DNA of 64,000 nt from Candidatus Nanoarchaeia archaeon (GCA_028279685.1 JANQNG010000002.1:76144-140143); one strand, 5' to 3'; shown: positions 9,044 through 17,210, counted from the first letter of the stretch. Translations and numbers: made by a program. The notes: generated by a model not told the origin, from the sequence alone.

Positions 9044-9388
9044 TTAGAGGTATTTCTTAAAAACCTCAAAGAGCTTAGCAAGGTTATCTTTGCTTAATGT
9101 CAGATTGAAAGCACCCAGAATAAATTTCATCTCTTGCTCGGTAGAAGGCATCATATCAATGATTTTAACAATATGAATATCTTTGATTCGTGGAAGATCC
9201 AAGCCAGCAATATCTTTCTTCAATGCTTTGATATCTTTCAGTTTCAGCGTGGAGAATTTGTTGAGGTAGTCTTCTGTTCTCGCTGCCCTGAAGTTGAGTT
9301 CACCATCTCTCTTTTTAATTTTAGAAAGTTCGTTCTTCAGCTCACTCAATGAGATTGCCTCTTCCTCGACTATAGTTATATCAGTCAT
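9044..9388 (-). CDS. rpoF: DNA-directed RNA polymerase subunit F (Rpo4/RpoF)
   Basis: 114 aa; immediately downstream of L21e as in many archaea; Rpb4-like helical protein. Confidence 0.65.
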   Translation of the reverse strand: MTDITIVEEEAISLSELKNELSKIKKRDGELNFRAARTEDYLNKFSTLKLKDIKALKKDIAGLDLPRIKDIHIVKIIDMMPSTEQEMKFILGAFNLTLSKDNLAKLFEVFKKYL

Positions 9389-9678
9389 GCTGATCCCCTC
9401 AAATGAATAGGATGGACAATAAGCGTTTTTGGTTTATTCTTGTCCTTAATGGCTACCTTGTAGCAGTTGCCACATCTGCTTAGCACTTTTCCTGCAAGGC
9501 CATTAAATCGTGGATGGTACATCCCTTTTTGATAGGCAGGTTCTGCATGAAGAACTACAGAGTCTCCACTCTTGAAGACCTGGAGAAATCTCCTTAAGCT
9601 AATCTTGCCCTTTGTCCGTGGGTGTTTCTGAAGCTTGAACCGTGTTTTTCTCCTGAATCCACCTATACGCTGTACCAT
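9385..9678 (-). CDS. rpl21e: 50S ribosomal protein L21e
   Basis: Sequence MVQRIGGFRRKTRFKLQKHPRTKGKISLRRFLQVFKSGDSVVL..HPRFNGLAGKV is a clear L21e signature. Confidence 0.85.
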   Translation of the reverse strand: MVQRIGGFRRKTRFKLQKHPRTKGKISLRRFLQVFKSGDSVVLHAEPAYQKGMYHPRFNGLAGKVLSRCGNCYKVAIKDKNKPKTLIVHPIHLRGSA

Positions 9679-9807
9679 TCGCTGCAGGAACAGAATTCCA
9701 TTTATAAATGTTTGGATGGGATACTACTTATTATTCATCAGAAGCAAAATCCAAGTATTTTTGTTGTCTTTTATAAGTAGTTACAAAATAGAAAACTTTA
9801 TAAAGAG

Positions 9808-10380
9808 ATGAAGGTAACTCATTCTACGATGTATTACTCAAAAGCAAATAAGGAATTATCACAAGAACAAGCTATTGAAAACCTGAAAGCAGTGCTTGGC
9901 TCTGCTTATTTTGGCAATTATGACCTCTATGTTGGAGGAAGCAATATACAATCAGATGTTATGAACGTTGATATCTTTGGTTTTCGAAGAGATTCCTTTG
10001 AACCATTCAAAGTGAAAGAAGTTGTGGATGTCGCGAATAATTTACTAGACCAAGCCAACACTAAAGGATCGATAGAACGTGCAATTTTTCAAGTAAGTCC
10101 ATCAGAAGAAAAGAGGAAGTCTATGCATTTTGCAGACATAATTTACGATGAAGATGGATTTATGCCCCTATCATTTGTTGTAGAGAGAACTGATATTAAT
10201 TCAAAAACATACAAATTTGGTGTTTTTCAACAAGATTATAAAGACTCATTTCTTCGCGAACTTGAACAAGAAGGTTGTCTTAAAGATACAAAACAAAAAA
10301 TAGCAATATGGCGAAGAGAAATAACAAGAAATCTAAATAATATCTTACTTCATCCAATTCATGATCAATATCAATATTAG
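9808..10380 (+). CDS. hypothetical protein
   Basis: 190-aa ORF with a plausible start; no recognisable motifs. Confidence 0.4.
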   Translation: MKVTHSTMYYSKANKELSQEQAIENLKAVLGSAYFGNYDLYVGGSNIQSDVMNVDIFGFRRDSFEPFKVKEVVDVANNLLDQANTKGSIERAIFQVSPSEEKRKSMHFADIIYDEDGFMPLSFVVERTDINSKTYKFGVFQQDYKDSFLRELEQEGCLKDTKQKIAIWRREITRNLNNILLHPIHDQYQY

Positions 10381-10400
10381 CTTTTTCCCTTGCACATTAT

Positions 10401-10595
10401 TTAATGTTCTTCCCAGAATTGTTCAGGATGAGGATCATCTGCCACCCAGAACTGATTTTCTGCTTTCTTAAAGGTTATTGGATCCATCGAACTAATCTCA
10501 AATTCAGTAGAACATTCAGGACAGAATGCAAGATCCCCTATATCAGTACGTGAAGAAAGTACTATTTCCGTTCCGCATAAGGGGCATCCTGCCAT
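10401..10595 (-). CDS. LysW-like zinc-ribbon protein (amino-group carrier protein family)
   Basis: MAGCPLCGTEIVLSS..GDLAFCPECSTEFEISSMDP...EQFWEEH aligns well with LysW (CPxCG...GEL..C..CG.ELEV..LDP...EDWGE). Confidence 0.5.
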   Translation of the reverse strand: MAGCPLCGTEIVLSSRTDIGDLAFCPECSTEFEISSMDPITFKKAENQFWVADDPHPEQFWEEH

Positions 10596-10671
10596 TGTTC
10601 AAGCCTCCAATAAGAGAAAAGCTTAAATACTATATTAACTTAATGTTATTATAATAACAAAGAGATAGCCT

Positions 10672-11331
10672 ATGGTAACCGTCAGCCAAATCGTAAAAAA
10701 AATTATTGCAGAGCGTTCCATGCTTCAAGAAGCGCTTATCGAAGGCATCGTAAGTTTCGCCAATCTCGCAGAATATCTTGAACCGAGAATTGAAAATGAA
10801 CTTGGGGAAAAAGTAAAAACACCTGCTATTGTGATGGCACTGAGAAGACACGCAGAACAGCTCCAGGAAAAAACAACTCCACCAAAACCACTTGATCTCA
10901 CTTCAGAAATTGTGATGAAAACGAATCTCTGCGATGTAACTATTGTCAAAACACTTTCCGCACTCGACAAACTCAAACAACTGCATAAACTTGTTGATTA
11001 TGAAAAAGGAGAACAACTCAATATTATTCAAGGAAATTATGAAATAACAATAGTAATCTCTCAAAAATATTTGGAAAAGCTAAAGAAGCTATTGAAAGGA
11101 GAAAAGATACTTAATGAAGAGATACAATTAGTTTCACTAACAATAACATTGACAAAAGAATTTCTTTACACCCCAGGAATATTATCTATGCTGACAAGAA
11201 AATTAGCTTGGGAAAATATCAATATCTTCGAGAATATTTCAACGATGACTGAAGTGATTTACATCATTGCAGAAAAAGATGCCATGCGAGCATACAATAC
11301 CTTCAAGGAAATACTCAAGACAGCTGACTGA
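10672..11331 (+). CDS. hypothetical protein (possible ACT-like regulatory domain)
   Basis: 219-aa ORF divergent from the LysW-like gene; no catalytic motifs seen. Confidence 0.35.
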   Translation: MVTVSQIVKKIIAERSMLQEALIEGIVSFANLAEYLEPRIENELGEKVKTPAIVMALRRHAEQLQEKTTPPKPLDLTSEIVMKTNLCDVTIVKTLSALDKLKQLHKLVDYEKGEQLNIIQGNYEITIVISQKYLEKLKKLLKGEKILNEEIQLVSLTITLTKEFLYTPGILSMLTRKLAWENINIFENISTMTEVIYIIAEKDAMRAYNTFKEILKTAD

Positions 11332-13384
11332 CATGCTCTTCTTTTGTGATCCTAAGAACATGATCCGCCATTGATTCTAGTTTTGATTCATGACTTACCA
11401 CAATACATTGATTAATGTGTAGATTATCGAAAACATCCTTAAGTTTATCTAATTGTTCTGAAGAAAAACCATCAGTAGGCTCATCGAGAATAATAATATC
11501 TTTTGTTGTGATATGACTGACAAAATCATTAATCACTTTATTCAATGCAAGCCGATACGCTAACGCCAATGAAGTTTTTTCTCCTCCCGACATGCTTTTC
11601 GCTTCAATATCATAACCGTTCTGAATTACTTCTGGAGAAAATTGTTCATCAATACTTGCGTTGATTGCGTCATCCTCTATGAGATTATCAAACAATTCAA
11701 TGAAAGCATCATTAAACTGTTGCTGAAGAGAAGCCATCACACGCTTCTCCATCACAAGAAATACTTTATCAAGATACTGAGTTAGCCAGTCATGGAGCGC
11801 TTTCATCCTGTCTCTTTTTTTCCTTATTTCTTCCAATTCATTAATCTTGCTCTCAGCTTCTGTCTTTCTTTTTTCTTCGGCATTCTTCGTCGCCATAAGA
11901 CGCGCCTCCTCAACAGAACATGTCTGTAGTGATGCTTGTAGCGTATCAATAAGTGCCTTCTGTTTCTCGTAGTTTTTCTCTGTATGCTTGAATCCTGCAA
12001 GCTCTTTTTTTGTCTGTTGAAGTTGCTCTTCTGTCGCTTTTTTTCTATCTGCCGCATCCTTCATTTCTTGTTCAATACCTTCAATTAACTGCTTCTTTTC
12101 ATTAAATTGTTTCTTGTTCATAGAAAATATTTTCTTCTCTTCAATTCGTCCATGTATCTTTTTGATATTGTTCTTGAGTATCTCTATATTGCTCTTTGTT
12201 GTTTGAAGTTGATTATTGATCTCAGGAATTTTCTCTTTTTGTTGCTCTATAAGATCATCTGCCTTTTTGTTAATATGATGTTTGTGCTTTTCATCCACTT
12301 TCTGAAGGCAAACAGGACATTGTTCAAGAGTATCCATATTAGTCTTAATATCTTGCTGTTCATCTATCTTTGAACTAATTCTTGCCTTCTGTTCTGATAT
12401 AGTAACAAGTTTTTCCTCTTGTCTTGCAAGTTTTTCCTGCTGTTGCTCAAGAAGCTTATCATAATCACGATCAAGCACTTTTGTCGTGCTAATCTCTTCC
12501 TCAAGATGTTTCAGATCTTCTTGAAGATAAGCTTTCTGCTCCTTTTTTTTCTCGATAGTCGCGTCAATATCCTCAACTCTATCAGAGAGCATAGTTATTG
12601 TGTTTTTGCAAGTTATTGCTTTCTGTCTCTCGTCGTCAAGTGATTCAAGCACTGACTTTGCTTTCTGCACTTCTTTTTCCGCTTTTTCTTTTTTTGGCAT
12701 TAGCACATCAAGGCCTTTCTTTATTTTCGAAAGTATCTTTTTCGTTTCTTCAAGAACATTTTTTACTAAGCGTTCGTCATCGAATTTCGAAGAGAGGAGT
12801 TTCATAGTTATTCGCATCTCTTTCGTATAAAGTGCAAGATTTTCTCTGCAGGTTTTGTATTTATCAATGCCAAACACTGAACGTAACGTGTTCAAACGCT
12901 CATCAGGATTCTCGAAAAGGATATGCTTCATCTCCTCTTGTGGAGTATACACTGTGTATCGATAGATTAATGATTTCGATTTTGTAACGAGCTCTTCAGG
13001 ATAGCCAAGAATAGTGAGTATTTTTGACTTAAGTTCTATTGCAGTAAGGTCTTGTTTGACGTCATCTTTGATCAGATATCCTGCAGCTTGCGTGATACCA
13101 TTCGTTGTTCTTTTGAGTTTTCTGCCAATGATATACTTGTGTTTTCTAATAGAGAATGAGAGCTCAACCTCTCCTTCTTTGCATCCTGTTCGTAACAAGC
13201 TGCTTGCTGAGACTGAACCTCGAATAACTCCGAACAAAGCAAACTCAATCGCTAAAAGAATCGATGTTTTTCCACAGCCAATATCTCCTGAGAGTAATGT
13301 CGTGCCTTCTTGAAATGAGACAGAAGACTCTTCGTATGATCGTATATTCCTTAGCTTGAGGGAATCGATATGCATAGTAATCAA
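11315..13384 (-). CDS. rad50: Rad50/SbcC-family SMC-like ATPase with zinc hook
   Basis: N-terminal Walker A GDIGCGKTSIL; long coiled coil with central CPVC hook; C-terminal signature SGGEKTSLALAYRLAL and Walker B IIILDEPTDGFS. Confidence 0.85.
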   Translation of the reverse strand: MITMHIDSLKLRNIRSYEESSVSFQEGTTLLSGDIGCGKTSILLAIEFALFGVIRGSVSASSLLRTGCKEGEVELSFSIRKHKYIIGRKLKRTTNGITQAAGYLIKDDVKQDLTAIELKSKILTILGYPEELVTKSKSLIYRYTVYTPQEEMKHILFENPDERLNTLRSVFGIDKYKTCRENLALYTKEMRITMKLLSSKFDDERLVKNVLEETKKILSKIKKGLDVLMPKKEKAEKEVQKAKSVLESLDDERQKAITCKNTITMLSDRVEDIDATIEKKKEQKAYLQEDLKHLEEEISTTKVLDRDYDKLLEQQQEKLARQEEKLVTISEQKARISSKIDEQQDIKTNMDTLEQCPVCLQKVDEKHKHHINKKADDLIEQQKEKIPEINNQLQTTKSNIEILKNNIKKIHGRIEEKKIFSMNKKQFNEKKQLIEGIEQEMKDAADRKKATEEQLQQTKKELAGFKHTEKNYEKQKALIDTLQASLQTCSVEEARLMATKNAEEKRKTEAESKINELEEIRKKRDRMKALHDWLTQYLDKVFLVMEKRVMASLQQQFNDAFIELFDNLIEDDAINASIDEQFSPEVIQNGYDIEAKSMSGGEKTSLALAYRLALNKVINDFVSHITTKDIIILDEPTDGFSSEQLDKLKDVFDNLHINQCIVVSHESKLESMADHVLRITKEEHVSQLS

Positions 13385-13451
13385 ACCACTGATTATTTTA
13401 TATGATTTGTGGGACTATGTCCAGTGAATAATTTATAAGTAAAAACAATAA

Positions 13452-14342
13452 TCAGTTGCTCATATACCCTGAGCTTTTCCCAATAAGCTCCTCGAGAGGC
13501 GTAGGATCAAAGCGATCGACAAGATACAGCTTTTTATCATGAACTCCGACAACCAAAGGGTCTGCATTTCTGATTTCAGATTGCTTCATCTCTCTAATTG
13601 TCCATTCATCCTCTTTAATTTCAGCTATAATGTAAACTTGTTTCTTAAACTGTTCTCTTGCTTCTTTTATTCTTTCTTTTGTGCTATCAGGAATAAAACA
13701 GTTCAATCGGGTATTAATTGAATAAGGACCACGGTATTTCCCCGTAAAGTGGTCATATAATTCTCTCTTCTCTTCAGATAAAGAAGCGAAAGCTTCCCCA
13801 TAAATTTTTGATTCGCTCTTGAATCCCATTATTCTTGCGGCGGGAGCAAGAAAAAGAGAAGGTAATGCGTTACGACTGTCCCTTAGACCTGTTTGACTTT
13901 TTATTCCCGAGTAAATGTCTATTCCGTAAGAATATTCACGATAAGGTTTTGCTCCAAATATTTTTGAAAACCAGCTTGGCTCTATAGGCTCATCCTTTTC
14001 ACACACTATGTAAATACCAAACTTATCATAATCTCTTAAGCTAAAGTCGGTAGTGAATACTCCAAATGCTGGAACTTCAATTGTTCTACCTTCAAGCGTT
14101 ATCTCTCTTTTTAGATCCAAGAAATCTGCAGATAATAGAGCATATTGCGCATTGATAATATCTACCTTGCATTGATTGATCTCTCTTTGCAACATTCCAC
14201 GCTCATGATCTAATGTTCCTTTCTTGTCTCTTTGAGAACGAAGAGAATTAAGCTTCTTATTGAGTTTTTGCTCTAATGATTCATCTCGTTCACTCTTAAC
14301 AAATTCAGTTAAATCAGTACTACCAACGATAAGTTGTTCCAC
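13452..14342 (-). CDS. hypothetical protein encoded where Mre11 normally precedes Rad50 (no phosphoesterase motifs)
   Basis: 296 aa, co-oriented and adjacent to rad50; lacks the Mre11 D-x-H/GDxxD/GNHE motifs. Confidence 0.45.
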   Translation of the reverse strand: MEQLIVGSTDLTEFVKSERDESLEQKLNKKLNSLRSQRDKKGTLDHERGMLQREINQCKVDIINAQYALLSADFLDLKREITLEGRTIEVPAFGVFTTDFSLRDYDKFGIYIVCEKDEPIEPSWFSKIFGAKPYREYSYGIDIYSGIKSQTGLRDSRNALPSLFLAPAARIMGFKSESKIYGEAFASLSEEKRELYDHFTGKYRGPYSINTRLNCFIPDSTKERIKEAREQFKKQVYIIAEIKEDEWTIREMKQSEIRNADPLVVGVHDKKLYLVDRFDPTPLEELIGKSSGYMSN

Positions 14343-14430
14343 TATTATCCCCTCCTGAATAGTAATTGTGAAACGTTGATAATAATGGAAATATATAAAT
14401 CTTCCTTCTCTTGGCCAATCCTTGTGGAAG

Positions 14431-14442
14431 AGTAACTTTAAA
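14431..14442 (+). promoter_or_regulatory. putative archaeal TATA box upstream of tRNA-Gln(TTG)
   Basis: AACTTTAAAAAG ~30-35 nt upstream of the tRNA 5' end. Confidence 0.3.
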
Positions 14443-14469
14443 AAGCAAATAAGGCTCTTCTTAATCTAC

Positions 14470-14580
14470 AGCCCTGTAGTGTAGTGGCCAATCATTCTAG
14501 CCTTTGGAGCCGGAGCGAAGCTAGGCGGCTTTGCTTCGCAAAGACAGCTGGAGACCGCGGTTCGAATCCGCGCGGGGCTA
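14470..14580 (+). tRNA. tRNA-Gln (anticodon TTG) with a 38-nt intron at canonical position 37/38
   Basis: Hand fold: acceptor AGCCCTG/CGGGGCT, D arm GTGTAGTGGCCAATCAT, anticodon stem CTAGC/GCTGG, loop CTTTGG|intron|A, T arm CGCGG-TTCGAAT-CCGCG, discriminator A; A1-U72 and a GGGCUA 3' end fit my recollection of archaeal tRNA-Gln. Confidence 0.7.
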
Positions 14581-14697
14581 TTCTAAACCATAGGTTGAGA
14601 AATCCCCAAAGGGATTCGAACCTGCGGTTCGTGCACAAAGTCTACAACTTTGTGTGCTCGGAAAGCTACACTTTCCTCCGCAATCCGCGCAGGGCTA
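14581..14697 (+). other. tRNA-linked structured element B1: antisense T-loop segment, three hairpins, ends with a near-exact direct repeat of the tRNA-Gln 3' end
   Basis: Begins with GGGATTCGAACC; hairpins CGAACC-TGC-GGTTCG, CACAAAGT-CTACA-ACTTTGTG, GGAAAG-CTACA-CTTTCC; ends AATCCGCGCAGGGCTA vs tRNA end AATCCGCGCGGGGCTA. Confidence 0.3.
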
Positions 14698-14743
14698 CTT
14701 TTCTGTAAAAAAGTTAAAGAGACTACAGTTCGTGCTCAGAATT

Positions 14744-14995
14744 CTATTCTTTTTTCTTGACAGGATCATAGCCTCCTTTGTTAAAAGGATTACACCGCAT
14801 TATCCTGTTGAAGCCCATCACACTTCCTTTGATCAAGCCATATTCTTCTATTGCTTGTAACGTATATTCAGAACAAGAAGGTTCAAATTTGCACATATGA
14901 ATGCCTAAAAAATTATAAACAGGATAGGTGGCTTTCCTGTATGCTTTGATACATCCGACACCTACCCTTCTTGGTAAAGTATTTTCAAGAGACAT
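14744..14995 (-). CDS. yidD: YidD-family membrane protein insertion efficiency factor (DUF37)
   Basis: 83 aa; [20 protein letters not shown]...[16 protein letters not shown] matches the YidD signature CxFxPSCSxY...R(I/L)xRC(H/N)PF..GGxDPV. Confidence 0.8.
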   Translation of the reverse strand: MSLENTLPRRVGVGCIKAYRKATYPVYNFLGIHMCKFEPSCSEYTLQAIEEYGLIKGSVMGFNRIMRCNPFNKGGYDPVKKKE

Positions 14996-14998
14996 TGT

Positions 14999-15316
14999 TT
15001 AGTCTTTTCTCTTTTTCACATACTCAGCAAGAGAAGAGTATGCAGGCTTAACCTCATTCCACTCTTGACCAGGCATCTTTGTTACTTCGAGCTCTTTGAA
15101 AAAATTATCTGTCTCTGTATAATCAAGGTTACCGTCCTTATCAGTATCTGCTAAGCGTACTGCTTGGTAATACTTATCTTCATAGTTCACATGTTTCTTA
15201 ATCATATTCCAACCAAGAGTTCCCAGTCCAGCATAAATACCAACAGTAATTCCGATTGTTGTAAGAACACAACCACCACCAATTCCTAAAATTTGCCATA
15301 ACTTCATTTCAATCAC
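14999..15316 (-). CDS. small membrane-anchored EF-hand calcium-binding protein (paralog 1)
   Basis: N-terminal TM helix then canonical EF-hand loop DTDKDGNLDYTE. Confidence 0.55.
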   Translation of the reverse strand: MIEMKLWQILGIGGGCVLTTIGITVGIYAGLGTLGWNMIKKHVNYEDKYYQAVRLADTDKDGNLDYTETDNFFKELEVTKMPGQEWNEVKPAYSSLAEYVKKRKD

Positions 15317-15642
15317 CTTTGGTTATACTGATCCGTAAATTCAACAAGTGTTCTGTACGGAATTTTGATATCAGGTTTCTTCCCCTCGATCATCGGAATA
15401 TCGAGTCTGCGATACATTTCTGCCGTTTCATACGTATCAAGCGTACCATCTTGATTCTCGTCCATTATAGTTTGGACTGTCTGCATTTTCTCATCATAGT
15501 CCCACGTGGACTTGATCTTATACCACGCACCTTTCAGGCCACCTAGTGCTAAAGTACCAACAATAACTGTTCCAATTACTAAAGCGCCAAGACACCCACC
15601 ACAACTGCAGCTTGAACTGCTACTACTATCATTATCTGACAT
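15313..15642 (-). CDS. small membrane-anchored EF-hand calcium-binding protein (paralog 2)
   Basis: Ser/Cys-rich N-terminus, TM helix, EF-hand loop DENQDGTLDTYE; 4-nt overlap with the downstream paralog. Confidence 0.55.
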   Translation of the reverse strand: MSDNDSSSSSSCSCGGCLGALVIGTVIVGTLALGGLKGAWYKIKSTWDYDEKMQTVQTIMDENQDGTLDTYETAEMYRRLDIPMIEGKKPDIKIPYRTLVEFTDQYNQR

Positions 15643-15748
15643 TATTATACCCCCTAATTACTGTGTGGCTTGAAAATCATTCATCGTATATAAAGCTTTT
15701 TAATTTTTCCACTCAGGAGTGCTCACAAATAAAATTAGTGCTCTCGAA

Positions 15749-15758
15749 TATATTTATA
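15749..15758 (+). promoter_or_regulatory. putative archaeal TATA box upstream of tRNA-Gln(CTG)
   Basis: ATTTATAAAT centred ~30 nt upstream of the tRNA 5' end. Confidence 0.35.
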
Positions 15759-15786
15759 AATTGTCTATTTCTCCACTACACTACGC

Positions 15787-15888
15787 AGTCCCGTAGTGTA
15801 GTGGCCAATTCACGAGAGGCTAGTCATCTCGGACTCTGGTAACATTTGGAGATATCCGAGGACCGCGGTTCGAATCCGCGCGGGACTA
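15787..15888 (+). tRNA. tRNA-Gln (anticodon CTG) with two introns: ~15 nt in the D arm and 14 nt at 37/38
   Basis: Acceptor AGTCCCG/CGGGACT, T arm CGCGG-TTCGAAT-CCGCG, anticodon stem TCGGA/TCCGA, loop CTCTGG|TAACATTTGGAGAT|A; relative to the TTG gene, an extra TTCACGAGAGGCTAG lies between GGCCAA and TCAT of the D arm; length 102 = 73 + 29. Confidence 0.6.
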
Positions 15889-16008
15889 TTCTAAACTCAA
15901 AGCTAGAATGTCCCATAAAGAATTCGAACCTGCGGTTCGTGCTCAGAAATTGTAAATTTCTGGCACCCCAAAGCTGCAAAGCAGTTTTGATGGAACCTCG
16001 CGAGGCTA
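15889..16008 (+). other. tRNA-linked structured element B2 (degenerate copy of B1 architecture)
   Basis: Shares TTCTAAAC and ATTCGAACCTGCGGTTCGTGC with B1; hairpins AGAAATT-GTA-AATTTCT and CAAAGCTGC-AAA-GCAGTTTTG (stems differ from B1 but pair); ends CGCGAGGCTA. Confidence 0.25.
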
Positions 16009-16482
16009 TTTTCCCAAAATAGTCCCTTCTCCAGCTTTATCATAAATTTTTAGCTTGTCTATGTAAAACTTGGATTGATCAAAATCCTCAATTTCAACAG
16101 AATAATTCCAATTATCATAAAATAAAACAATAGCTGATTTTGTCAAAAATCCTAAAGATTTAGCTTCACTAAAAATATCAACAATGTTTTTTGTTATTTT
16201 CAGCTTATAATGGATTTTCTTTCGATAAACATTTTTTGTCTTAATTTCATAAAGTATTATCTCTTTCTTTTTATTAGTGAAAGATATCTCAATAGAATCT
16301 ATAGAATTCCAATATTTAGCTATAAATTTACATTGCTCAAAAGAAAGATACTTTTCAAAAATAGAGAAATATTTATTCTTGTTCCAAAACTTCAGTAAAA
16401 CTGCCCATTTCCTAGTAAGCTTAAACATACACTCTCCAGCATATCCTTTATAACTACCATTTAATGATCTTAAATCATACAT
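16006..16482 (-). CDS. hypothetical protein
   Basis: 158-aa Lys/Asn-rich ORF; its stop overlaps the end of element B2. Confidence 0.3.
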   Translation of the reverse strand: MYDLRSLNGSYKGYAGECMFKLTRKWAVLLKFWNKNKYFSIFEKYLSFEQCKFIAKYWNSIDSIEISFTNKKKEIILYEIKTKNVYRKKIHYKLKITKNIVDIFSEAKSLGFLTKSAIVLFYDNWNYSVEIEDFDQSKFYIDKLKIYDKAGEGTILGK

Positions 16483-16574
16483 ATTTTTCTTTTTTCACTA
16501 TCTTATATTATGCTTTCTTATTATTTTCCGGAGATATCACGAATGTTTTTATAGATACATATCTTTTAAGAAAG

Positions 16575-17210
16575 CTATCTCAATATTTCATCCAACTGTT
16601 TCTTGATTTCTTGTTTACCTTCAGATGTTCTGATATCAATATCACCATAAGGTACTTTCACTAAAGGCACACCGAATTCATCCTCGCAGAATTCAGGAAA
16701 GTCATGATATCTATTGCCTAGTCCCCTAAGAAAACTTTCAGGAATCTCCTTCTCTTCAGTACGTGCTCTGATTTCTTTAATACGTCTCATTAATACATCA
16801 ATATTATTATTCTCAAGATAAATAATGTGATCTGGTTGAATAAGATGCTCATTAACAAGCTGAAACATCATGGAATAATCATGGTATTCATTGAGGCTCA
16901 TCTTTCCTATAGTATGCAAATATCTTGCAAAGATTGCAGGATCTTCAATCAATGATCTATCTTGCACGCAGTTGACTTCTTCTTTCCTGACGGCAATCTC
17001 TATTGATTTCAAATGCGATGCACGCCTATAAAGAAAATGCATCTGCAAAGTATACGCCCAACGTTTCATATCCTTATAATATGATTCGAGAAAAGGATTA
17101 TCAATAACAGGTTCTTCAAACAATCTATAACCATATTCCTCGTGAATAAATCTAGCAAATGTAGATTTTCCAACACCTATATTCCCTGCAATTGTCACAA
17201 ATTTAGCCAT
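16575..17210 (-). CDS. deoxynucleoside kinase (dNK/dCK/dGK family)
   Basis: P-loop GNIGVGKST, then EEPV..NPFL..YY.D..RWA...Q..FL..R pattern typical of deoxynucleoside kinases. Confidence 0.75.
   Translation of the reverse strand: MAKFVTIAGNIGVGKSTFARFIHEEYGYRLFEEPVIDNPFLESYYKDMKRWAYTLQMHFLYRRASHLKSIEIAVRKEEVNCVQDRSLIEDPAIFARYLHTIGKMSLNEYHDYSMMFQLVNEHLIQPDHIIYLENNNIDVLMRRIKEIRARTEEKEIPESFLRGLGNRYHDFPEFCEDEFGVPLVKVPYGDIDIRTSEGKQEIKKQLDEILR

Noticed and set aside
12107-13313. Several 60-100-aa plus-strand ORFs (12107..12373, 12419..12643, 12598..12830, 13014..13313) inside the rad50 gene
   Set aside because: Antisense to a well-supported 689-aa gene; low-complexity Leu/Phe-rich translations typical of AT-rich antisense frames.
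14600-14640. GGATTCGAACC read as a minus-strand tRNA T-arm
   Set aside because: Flanking sequences do not provide a complementary T-stem or acceptor stem on the minus strand; interpreted instead as part of the B1 element.
14581-14697. B1 (117 nt) as a 5S rRNA or a complete tRNA
   Set aside because: No 5S-like helices or loop motifs; no acceptor 5' strand or anticodon arm, so it cannot fold as a stand-alone tRNA.
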